NCBI GenBank assembly: GCA_029717555.1
Contig: JAMDHS010000049.1
Location: 62,001 to 126,000 of the forward strand
DNA: 64,000 bases
Direction: 5' to 3'
Source: Peribolospora baueri
Taxonomy: Eukaryota
The notes beneath the pieces were generated by a model, which ran no database searches, had not been told where the DNA came from, and saw only the letters and a program-made list of their open reading frames with translations. Below, piece after piece: positions 1-10,883 of this stretch (its first letter is position 1; each line of letters begins with the position of its first letter). Both the position numbers and the translations under genes were made by a program.

Positions 1-3000
1 GACGCAGAAGATCGGCGCGGCTCTGCACGTTACGGGGCCGTACAACATCCAGTTCATCGCTAAAAACAACGAGATCAAGGTCATCGAATGCAACCTTCGC
101 GCGGCGAGGTCGTTCCCTTTCGTGAGCAAGGTCACGGGCATCGATGCCATCGAGATGGCCACAAAGGCCATGCTCGGCCTCCCCATCGAGCCGTATCCGC
201 AAAACACCATGCCGGAGGAGTATGTCGGCGTCAAGGTTCCTCAGTTCTCGTTCAGCCGCCTCCTCGGTGCCGACCCCGTGCTCGGCGTCGAGATGGCCTC
301 TACCGGCGAGGTGGCCGCTTTCGGAAAGAACAAATACGAGGCGTACTTGAAGGCCCTGCTTGCCAGCGCTATCAAGATTCCGCGCTCTGGTAGCGTCTTG
401 CTCTCCGTCGGCTCGTTCAAGGAGAAGCTCGAAATCCTGCCGTCGGTGCGCAAGCTCCAGGCGCTCGGTTTCACGCTGTATGCCAGCGCGGGCACTGCTG
501 ACTTCCTCAGCGAGTCAGGCGTTAATGTTCGCTACTTGGAGGCGCTGGACGAGGAACACATCGCGCCAAATGGCAGCATGGCCGCCGCGACGGGACCGGA
601 CCTGAGCAAGAAGGAGTATGACATCTTCAGGATGCTCGCCTCTGGCGAGATTAAGCTTTATATTAACCTGCCCTCGCGCAACAAGTATCGTCGTCCGGCA
701 TCGTTCGTCTCCAAGGGGTACAGGACCCGCCGTCTGGCCATCGATCGCGGCATCCCGCTGGTGACGAACATCAAGAACGTCAAAATTCTCGTCGAGGCTA
801 TGAGCCGTTACCCCGGTCTCGAGGCCGACTTGAGTCTCAGTCCGGTCGACTCCAAGACGTCTCACAGGACCTACACGTTCCCTGGACTCATCAACTTCCA
901 GGCTTTCCTCCCCAGCATCGCCGACCCAGCCGCCGGCGCTCGCGACCTCGCCGAGCTGACCAAAGCTTCTTTGGCCGGTGGTTTCACTCAGGTCCAGGTC
1001 GCGCCCAGTGGCCTCACGGCGAGCATTGAGGACGCTCGCACGCTCGAGATCGCCGAAGAGACTGTTGCTGGCGCGGCGCACTGCGACCTGTCCTTCGCGG
1101 TAACGGCGACGGCGGAGAACGCCGCTCGCTTGAGCGAGGTGTCTGACCGCGTCCGATCGCTGTACATCCCCTTCAACGCGTTCACCAACGCCAACATCAA
1201 CAAGGTCGCCGCCGTCGCCGCACACTTCGGCGCTTGGCCCGAGGACAAGCCGATCATCACAGACGCCAAGACGACGGACTTGGCATCGATTCTCTTGCTT
1301 GCCAGCTTGCACTCTCGCTCCATTCACGTCACCAACGTTACCTCTCGAGACGACATCCAGCTCATCGCGCTCAGCAAGGAGAAGTCGCTTAAGGTCACCT
1401 GTGACGTCTCTGTCTATTCGCTCTTCTTCACCTCTGAGATGTACCCCGCCTCGACGTGCTTGCCTACCGCAGCTGATCAGAAAGCGCTCTGGGACAGCCT
1501 GGCCGTTATCGATGCATTCTCCGTGGGCAGCACTCCTTACCAGCTCGCCCAGGAGCTCGGCTTCGTCGCGTCTCCTTGGTCGGGCATGGAGGAATGCTTG
1601 CTTCTCCTCTTGAACGCTGTCAATGAGGGTCGGCTCACGCTCGAGGATATCACCCTTCGTCTGCACGACAAGCCGAGGGAGATCTTCGACCTTCCAGAGC
1701 AGCCGCAGACAAGCATCGAGGTGGAGGTGGACAGGCGAGCGAGCGTGAGGAGTAGGGCTCAATGGAGCCCACTGGCCAAGCGCAGCATCATGGGTTCGCT
1801 CCACCGCGTCGTCGTACACGGCCAGACCGTCGTCCTGGACGGTAAGAGCCTGAGTGACGGTACCCTCGGCACTTACGTCTCCGCCTCCACGACGAGCGGC
1901 GCCAGGACGGCAAAGAGGAGGGAGAGCAAGCACCGCTTTTCAATTTCCAGCTCCAGCGGTCGGCCTCCCGTTGCCTTGTCCGCGTCTCCAATGCCCTCAA
2001 CGCAAGTGCTCTCGCCTATCCTTGGCGCTGCCGATGGGCCAGCTTCGTCTGCGTCTCGACTGAGTGCCATGGCTCTCAATCAACCCTTCCCCGTGGTGCC
2101 TCCTCCCTTGCCAACACCAGGCATGCTCACACTGGACAAGATGCTGTCCAACCCGAGCTTCTCCCGTCGACACATCCTAAGCGTGAAACAATTCACCAAG
2201 GACGATCTGCACGCGCTCTTCGCCGTCGCGCAGGAGATGCGCACCCTCGTCGAGCAGCAAGGCGTAACGAACATCCTTCGTGGCAAGGTGCTCACTACAC
2301 TGTTCTACGAGGAAAGCACTCGTACCTCTTCTTCCTTCGAGGCGGCTATGGTGAGGTGCGGAGGACAGGTGGTGACGGTCAACACAACGAGGTCTAGCAT
2401 CGCCAAAGGCGAAACGCTCGGCGACACGGTTCGCACCCTCGGCTGCTACGGCGATGCCATTGTGCTCCGGCACCCCGCCGTCGGAGCGGCACAGTTGGCG
2501 GCCAAGACGAGTCCCGTTCCAATCATCAACGCGGGCGACGGCGTCGGAGAGCATCCCACACAGGCGCTCTTAGACGTGTTCACCATGCGCGAAGAGCTCG
2601 GCACTGTCAACGGGTTGACAATCACATTGGTAAGTAGTGTTGCGTCTACGGGATTTTCTTACTGTGGGTCTTGTTCGGGGTTCTACGTGACTTGTTGGTG
2701 CTGAGGCTGTTTTTTTTTTTTTTTTCGTTTTTGTCTTCCCCGCCCTTGCTCAGCTCGGTGATCTGAAGAACGGCCGAACGGCACACTCGCTGGTCAAGCT
2801 CCTGTCCCTCTACCATGTGACGCTCAACTACGTCTCGCCTCCGTCGCTGGCGATGCCGGAAGATGTGAAAGCGGAGGCGTCTCGACGGGGCATCCTGCAG
2901 TACGAGGTGACAAACCTCGACACGGTGATTGGGCAGACAGACGTGCTCTACGTGACGCGCGTACAAAGGGAGCGCATGGACACTGAGGAGGAGTACGAAA

Positions 3001-3315
3001 AGGTCAAGGACGCCTACAGGGTCAACAACGACGTGCTGATTCGCGCCAAGGAACACATGATCGTTATGCACCCTCTGCCGCGGGTCAACGAAATCGATCC
3101 GGAGGTCGACTTTGATCAGCGCAGGGCCGCTTACTTCAGGCAGATGCGTTATGGGCTTTTTGTCAGGATGGGTGAGTCTGCCGAAGGAAGGAAGGGTGGT
3201 TTTGGGAATCGGCGCTCTACGCTGTTTTTAATGCTGATCAACGTTCTGGCCCTCTTTGTTTGTCCTTATCTCCGTGCCGCTAGCACTTCTTTCTCTCGTG
3301 CTGGGCCGCTACTAG
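1..3315 (+). CDS. URA2: Multifunctional pyrimidine synthesis protein (CAD-like), 5'-truncated: CPSase large-subunit C-terminus/MGS, inactive DHOase-like domain, aspartate transcarbamylase. Introns 2630-2753 and 3172-3283
   Basis: CPSase motifs [15 protein letters not shown] and [29 protein letters not shown]; ATCase motifs [50 protein letters not shown] introns restore the frame to TAG at 3313-3315. Confidence 0.96.
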
Positions 3316-3759
3316 GGAACTCTATACAATGTTGCGTTTGTGAGGGGCGGAGTAGATGTCACTGGCGTGCACCCACTCGTTCGTGGGCTTGGTGGTGGAC
3401 CGGATGTCTCCCCTCTTGCTTCCTCGCTTCCTTCCTCCTTTCTCGCCTCTCTTTTCGACAGTTCTTGATCGTCATGTCACTTCCCGAAAAGAAACCAAAA
3501 GCTTTCCGTGCCATTGTGCACCACCACCATTCCGTTCTGATCCTGTCTTCATATTGCGGTGTCGATACAGTAGATAGATAGATCGTACATAGGGATGTAC
3601 TTACATTCGCTTCGACCGCCTTTGTCATCAGATGCAATGATGGCCACTTAGTTCGAAATGGGCTGACGTAAGCTGTCCCACATCTCTGTCCAGATGCGTA
3701 CCCGGCTACTCCTCTTTCCCTCCGCACCGAGCTCTGCGAACAGCTCTATATCACGCGCC

Positions 3760-4980
3760 ATGACCAGCGTCTCGTCCTCCGAGCAGAGAGGTGTTTCTGC
3801 CTCGGCAGCAGCAGCGGCCGCTGAAGCTCGCCTAGCAGCAGCCCGAGCCGCCGCCGCCTCCCGTGGCCGCGGCGACGAGTCCGGGCCGTTCACCAAGGAG
3901 GAGGACGACGAAAAGAGAAAGGAGTTCTTCCGGATAATTAATCAGAAAATAAAGCGCAATGCAAATTATGCCCAGGCTGATAGGACGGTCAAGGTGCGTT
4001 TCCGGGCTGACTTCTGATCATCCTGTCGTTTCGGCGGATTACGGAGGCGGCAGAAAAGAGCTTTATTACCGGCTGACAACTTGCACCCCGCCTCTTTCGA
4101 AAGCTTCTGTTCACTCTCGTGAGCAACGTAGTCGATTCTCCCACTCTCGCCAAGTATCACTCGTTTAAGCCCACTCAGCCACGCATTGCAAAGGACATCC
4201 TAGGCGTCGTGGGCGGACAGGAATTTCTTCTCGCGTGTGGGTGGAGGACCAAAGTGGCGTCCTTTTCGGAGGTGTGGACACTGCCTTCTGTCCCCGTGCC
4301 CATTGACCAGGCCGACACCGGCGTTGGGGCTGGTGGAGTCGGAGAAGAACGGGCGAGTTTGAGCGGAAGGTGTTTGTGGGGGCTGCGGGCTGCGAGGGAC
4401 GTCTTATATCAGAGTTCGAGGGAGACGGAAGAGGTGGCTGAAAGGCAAGTAGGGGACGCTCTAGCCCTGCTCATTGCCGAATCGATGCAAGATGGGCTGA
4501 TTGGTGTATGACCGCCTCTCTTTTCCTTTCTTTCTTTAGGACTGAGAGGATCCGGCAGGCTGAGAAGGAAATAGAGAATAACCGAAAGGCGAGCGTGCCC
4601 CCACTGTTTTTCTCCCAAGACCTGGGCTCGGCTCATTATTCGGAACAGGTGTCACGAGCGACGAACGTCGTCTAACCCTTTCCTTTCATTCCATACACCA
4701 GGCCCGAGCCCTCGAGCAAATCCGTGATGACCGCGCAACCAGGGCGGCTCACGATGCTTACGAGCGCAGGCTGAGGGAGCCCAACTCTTCTCAGCGACGA
4801 GACGCCCATTTGCCTCCCCCCGCAGCCGGACCCGAGCCCGTGTCTGGGAGACCGACGGGAAGGTACGCCGTGATCGATGATGACGACGAAAACGGAGGCC
4901 TCCCTCCGCCGTACGAACCGAACGAAACCCATCCATCTACCTTCACTGGTTCCGGCCGTCGCCTGGGTGCAGGTGGTTGA
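3760..4980 (+). CDS. PUB(PUG)-domain protein, putative Cdc48/p97 adaptor with C-terminal PPxY motif and SHP box. Exons 3760-3993, 4104-4444, 4540-4588, 4702-4980
   Basis: PUB-like segment LLFTLVSNVVDSPTLAKYHSFKPTQPRIAKDILGVVGGQEFLLACGW; spliced frame ends LPPPYEP...TFTGSGRRLGAGG*; model uses GC donors for introns 2 and 3. Confidence 0.72.
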
Positions 4981-5580
4981 GCGAGCATACCGACCGCTTC
5001 TCGCTTGTCGATGCGAGCATTCTTAGTCGGTTTCGTTTTCTCACAGCTGTAGTCTTCGTTTCGTGCGACCCCGACACCAACGTCTTTATGCCTTCACGCA
5101 GTCATATTGATCGGCCCCCACATGTGTATTGATCTTTCCTCACATGTATCTACCATCATCTCTCTCGTCCAGCCACTTGTTTGCCCAAGATCCACTGCGC
5201 CCTGCCCGAGCAGCGCACTGTGGGCGCTTCGCTGTACGTCCTATACGGGCCGTCCATGTGCGAATGAAAGTCACGTACTTCCGATCGGCCGCTCACGTCT
5301 TGGCTGGGCTCGAGGCTGCAGTCGGATGTTCGGCGCCGGCACCGGCTGCTCGGCCATCCCGCGTTCCGATCCTGGCCGTCGCGTGGGGCCAACTCCGCTT
5401 GTCGCCGCTCCGCCAACCGTCCGGCCGGCGGTGCTTCTCGACATGACGGTCGGCTTGATCTCTCTCTTTCCCTCCATCCCCTCCATCTTCTTCTCAGCGC
5501 CACTCTCCCCTTCCCTCGAGACGGCGACGTCTTCCCCATCGTCTCGTCTTCCTTCATCCCCGGAAGAACAACAAGAGCAG

Positions 5581-5720
5581 GTGAGCTCCGGTCTCGTCTC
5601 AAGCCATATCGGCTCACACGATCGCGTAGTCAAGCTGCTCCTGACGTGCCACCGGTCGCTTCCTTCCGGTTCCCCCCATTCTTTTGTCTCGCTTCTGCCA
5701 TTTCGATCCGACCACCGCAG
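5581..5720 (+). other. Probable 5'-UTR intron of KGD1
   Basis: CAG|GTGAGC donor at 5581, CTGAC at 5641, pyrimidine-rich stretch and CCGCAG acceptor ending 5720, 65 nt before the ATG. Confidence 0.5.
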
Positions 5721-5785
5721 GCCTCGCTCTAAGCTCTTTCTTCCCTTCGCCGTACGTGTGGACGACGGATTCGGTCCTCGTCGCC

Positions 5786-8700
5786 ATGCTTCGTTCCCTC
5801 GCCTCTCGCTCTGTCCCCGCAGCGGGCAGGCGCCATCTCCTTTTCTCCTCCCGCCTTCGGGCCGCCCCTACCACCGTCTCTTCGTTACACCGACCTTTCG
5901 CAACAAGCGCGCTGCGCCTCCAAGCCGCACCCGCCCCGCCATCTCCCAACGACTCCTTCATCACCTCCAACAATGCCTACTACGTTGAAGAGATGCACAG
6001 GCGGTGGAAGGACGACCCGAGCCAGGTGCACGCCTCCTGGGACGTCTACTTCAGCGGTCTCGACAAGGGCTTGCCCAGCGAACAAGCCTTCCGACCTCCC
6101 CCCAGTGTCGTGCCAATGGCCGCTGACGGCGCTCCCACGATGGATTTGACCACCGAAGGAGGCACGAGTGTTACGGATCACCTCAAGGTACGTTAGAAAC
6201 GTGAACCCCGCGCTTGTGCTATGCTTTAAGTCTCCGATTCGGCCTCTCCCCTCTGACTTCAGTGAATGGTATTTCCTGTCAATTCTATTCTCTCTTGCAG
6301 GCTCAGCTCCTCGTCCGAGCATACCAAGTTCGAGGTCATCGCATCGCCAAGCTTGACCCGCTCGGAATTCTGGACGCCGACCTCGATGCCAGGACGCCAA
6401 AAGAGCTCACCATCGAACACTACGGATGGACGGAAGCTGACCTCGACAAGGAGGTCACTCTCGGCCCCGGTCTACTTCCCAACTTTGCCCGGGAAGGCGT
6501 CAACAAGATGACCATTCGCGACGTCATCGACGCGTGCAAGCGCATTTACTGTGAGTCCGCTCCAACGATTGATCGGGACGCGTATTTGTGTAGCGTCTCA
6601 CTCCATCCTTTCACTTTATTATCAGGCGGCTCGATCGGCGTTCAGTACGTCCATATCCCCGACCGAGAACAGTGCGACTGGCTTCGAGAACGCATCGAGA
6701 CGCCCAATCCTTGGCAGTACTCGATCGAGGAGAAGCGCATGATCCTCGACCGTCTCATCTGGTCCGACTCTTTCGAGCGTTTCATCGCCTCCAAGTACCC
6801 CAATGAGAAGCGTTTCGGTCTTGAGGGCGGCGAAGTCCTCATCCCGGGTATGAAGGCTCTCATCGACCGCTCCGTCGAGGGTGGTGTACAGTCCATCACC
6901 ATCGGCATGCCCCACCGTGGACGTCTCAACGTGCTCGCCAACGTGATTCGCCGGCCGGTCGAGTCCATTTTGCACGGCTTTAACCCTACCCGTGATTCCG
7001 GCGAGGAGGGTGGCGGAGACGTCAAATACCACCTCGGCGCTCACTACGTCCGCCCCACCCCTTCCGGCAAAAAGGTCGACCTCTCGCTTGTTGCCAACCC
7101 CTCTCACCTTGAAGCTGAGGACCCCGTCGTGCTCGGTCGCACTCGCGCCCTCCAGCACTTCAAGGGCGATGAGCGCTTCGACACGTCCATGGCCCTTCTC
7201 CTCCACGGTGATGCCGCGTTCGCCGGACAAGGCGTCGTATACGAGACGATGGGAATGTACGGCCTTCCTAACTACGCGACGGGCGGAACGATTCACGTCA
7301 TTGTCAACAACCAGATCGGCTTCACCACCGACCCTCGCTTCGCCCGCTCGACGCCCTATCCCTCTGATATTGCTAAGTCGATTGACGCGCCCATCGTCCA
7401 CGTCAACGGAGACGACCCGGAGGCCGTGACGTTCGTCTCGCAGCTCGCCGCCGACTGGCGGTCCAAGTTCAAGAAGGACTTCGTGATCGACGTTGTGTGC
7501 TACCGCAAGCACGGGCACAACGAGACGGACCAGCCCAGCTTCACCCAACCCAGGATGTACAAAGCGATCGCTAACCAAGAGGCCACGTTGAAGAGGTACA
7601 CAGATGCACTCATCAAGGAAGGCTCTTTCACCGAGCATGACATCGAGGAGCACAAGGGCTGGGTCTGGGGTCTTTTGGAACAGGCCTTCGAGAAGAGCAA
7701 GGACTACAAGCCCAGTCCCAAAGAGTGGCTCTCTTCCGCCTGGGACGGTTTCCCGAGCCCGAAGCAGCTGGCGGAGGAGATTCTACCGGTCCGTCCCACC
7801 GGCGTCGAGCTCGACACCCTCCGCCGCGTCGGACAGGCCGTCAGCTCCTACCCGGAAGGCTTCAATGTCCACCGCAACCTCGCGCGCATTCTCAAGACGC
7901 GCGGCAAGACAGTAGAGGAGGGCGCGGGCATCGACATGTCTACGGCTGAGGCGCTCGCCTTTGGCTCTCTGGCGCTCGAAAAGGTGCATGTGCGCGTGTC
8001 GGGACAGGACGTCGAGCGAGGCACATTCTCTCAGCGGCACGCTGTGCTTCACGACCAGGACACGGAAAGGATGTACACCCCGCTCCAGAACCTCTCCCAA
8101 GATCAGGCGCCGTTTACCATTTGCAACTCCTCCTTGTCTGAGTACGGCTGTCTCGGGTTTGAGCTCGGCTACTCGCTCGTCGCGCCCGAATCTTTGACCA
8201 TCTGGGAAGCGCAGTTCGGGTGAGTTCCCATCTCGCTGCGATAGACAGGTTGTCCCGTCCTTCGATAGTATGGTTTTTTGAGATCCCCCCTGACATTTTG
8301 GTGCTTCTCTTCGCGTGTACAGTGACTTCGCCAACAACGCGCAGTGCATCATCGACCAGTTCATCGCTTCTGGCGAACGCAAGTGGTCGCAGCGCACCGG
8401 CCTCGTTCTCAACCTGCCTCACGGATACGACGGTCAGGGACCCGAGCACTCCTCGGCGCGCATTGAGCGCTTCCTCCAGCTCTGCGACGATCATCCGTTC
8501 CATTTCCCTGATGAGATGAAGGTCAAACGTCAACACCAGGACTGCAACATGGCCGTCACTTATTGCACCACCCCTGCCAACGTGTTCCACGTGTTCAGGC
8601 GGCAGGTGCACAGGGATTTCAGGAAACCAGTTAGTGGGCCATTTCTTTTCATGCTACGCGGTGGCTTTGTCATTCTATATGTAAGACTCCATATTGACTT

Positions 8701-9242
8701 CCTTCCCGTCTTCTCCTTCGCAGCTCATTAACTTCTTCTCCAAGTCCCTCCTCCGCCATCCCGAAGCGCGTTCGACCCTGGAGGAGATGGGCCCGGGCAC
8801 GACATTCCAACGATGCATCCCGGACACCTACGTAGACGAGCACGTCCGCCCGGAGGACGTCAAACGACACATCTTCACCTCTGGTCAGACTTACTTTGCC
8901 CTGACCAAGTACAGGGAGGAGAACGGGATCAAGGACGTGGCCATCTCGCGTGTTGAGCAGCTTAGCCCCTTCCCTTACGACCTCCTCGTTCCCGCCCTGG
9001 ACAAGTACCCCAACTCGGACGTGATGTGGTGCCAGGAGGAGCCGCTCAACAACGGTGCCTACAGTTACGTCGCTCCTCGTCTCCGTACCGCCATGGCGCA
9101 CACCGAAAACCACCGCGGCAAGTCGGCCATCTACGCTGGTCGCGAGCCCAGCGCTTCCGTCGCCACGGGATACAAGGCCGCCCACAATGCTGAAATCAAG
9201 AGGTATCTCAACGATGCGTTCAACTTGGAGAACACCCTCTGA
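5786..9242 (+). CDS. KGD1: Mitochondrial 2-oxoglutarate dehydrogenase E1. Introns about 6188-6300, 6552-6626, 8220-8321, 8630-8722
   Basis: Arg/Ser-rich presequence; motifs [39 protein letters not shown] (TPP binding), [39 protein letters not shown]. Confidence 0.97.
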
Positions 9243-10115
9243 ACTCGCCTGTTGCCGAGGTTGGAACAGATCACATCAGGTCAGGTATGGACTCGGATCG
9301 TCCAACAATTCCCTTTCTTCGCCTCTGCCATATTCCTCTTTCTTTCCTACATTTCTCCCCGACTCGGCGTCGTCTGCGGCCCTCCCTACCTCTCCGTTCC
9401 CGGTTTCTGTCTACCATCTCCAATGTCTGAGTAATAATGACAAGTTCGCTCTCGTGCAAACGAACCGAGACATCGTATTCTGTCGTATCCTTGTGTTCCC
9501 CTATTGACGTAAGGAGCAAACGCGGAAGACTGCCCAGCCCGCACGACATACAACTGCAAATAGTTCCAAGGGGACCATCGTTACGAAGAGACTCGATGCT
9601 CTCCTCGACTTGAGGCTGGGGCTGAGGCTTCCATGGCTACGCCTGGGCCGAGGGTTGTCCCAGGACGAACAAGTCGCCGGTCTCGCCACAGACTTCTTCG
9701 TTGATGAGGATTTCCAAAACCGCACAGTTCCCCGCTTGTGCACTGCCAAGAGTCAGGTGCAGCTTCGCAGGGGCAGCAGTACATATATGCAGCTTGCACA
9801 ACCACGGGCCTTAGTAAGTGAGACAAGGCGGTCTCGTCCTTCCGTGGCCTCACAATCCTCTACCAATGTGTCCATCTCATTGCTTATCTCTTGGACGGAG
9901 ACATAACTTTTAAGGACATCAAAGACAAACTGTAAGACTTGTTTAGTTGGGGACCTGTATCTAGACAATGTCCGCTATCAATTCCAGGATATGAAGGCTG
10001 AGAGATCCTTCTGTTAGACTGCTTTTCTGCATCCTCCACCCAGCGGTAACGTTGAAGAGCGGCTTGGCCTATCGGAAGGTATGTCTATTCACAGAGACGC
10101 AGCATCGTCAGCAAG

Positions 10116-10208
10116 GACAGCTTACCCAAGTGGTTAAGGGGTTGGTCTAGAAAGCTTCTTAACAACCAATGCACTTTGTGCGCGCAGGTTCGAATCCTGC
10201 AGCTGTCG
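10116..10208 (+). tRNA. tRNA-Ser(AGA) with an 11-nt intron (10153-10163)
   Basis: Acceptor stem GACAGCT/AGCTGTC plus G discriminator; D-loop AAGTGGTTAA; anticodon stem TTGGT/ACCAA with CT-AGA-A; long variable arm GCAC-TTT-GTGC; T-arm GCAGG-TTCGAAT-CCTGC; T-run just downstream. Confidence 0.93.
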
Positions 10209-10883
10209 AAAAGAATTTCTTTTTGCAATTCCTAATTTTTGTGGAACACGACACCGTCTTGTGGGATCAGGTCCGCTAGTCCGCTTATCCCCTCTTATAA
10301 CCGGTGTCCGTTCCCCCCTTCCTTAGAGATTGCTTCCCCTCCTCGCCACCTCTTTATTGAGGGTCAGAGTACAACTCTGCTCTACTCCTCTCTATTGCCC
10401 TCCACATATGGAGGCATGCGCTGCAGTGTCCAATACTGTAAAAGAAGTCGCTCGCCAGGCTCCGAATGTGGGAATCTAAAATCTTTCTCACGCACGCGTC
10501 TGGGACTCAGCCTTTCATCACGTGCCCTCGGTTTTGTCGCTCACGTGCTGAGTGGAGTAGGGTTACAACCCCTGGCGCGACCGTGCAACGCAGAGTTGAT
10601 TCATTCATTAACGTGAATCACCGTCGTTCCTTTCATCGAAACCTCCATACCCGGACTCCCCCGCTCCTCACCACTCGGACCTCGCTTCTTGTACGGCTCT
10701 TCCCTTCGATACGCAGCCCACCTGTCAGGCGTCTGTGCCCGTCTCGCGCGCGGCGGCAGTAGTCTGCTTATACCTGGATTGGATCGGGATCAAGGCGCTC
10801 GGCTCTTCGCTGCCTGCGCACATACCCCTTAATCTTTCCTTCCAGTTAGAGCTTCGTGGCCGAACTCTTTTGTTTGATTCGAA

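Noticed and set aside
515..1933. Long antisense ORFs opposite real genes (also 6622-7653, 47400-48491, 51290-52159, 60458-61264)
   Set aside because: Expected shadow frames of GC3-rich coding sequence; no recognisable domains.
5107..5988. 293-codon ORF upstream of and overlapping KGD1
   Set aside because: Non-ATG start, Pro/Ser/Arg-rich translation of a CT-rich promoter and leader that contains a probable UTR intron.
9500..10050. Short ORFs in lower-GC DNA between KGD1 and the tRNA
   Set aside because: No consistent splice model or motif; a degenerate relic cannot be excluded without a homology search.
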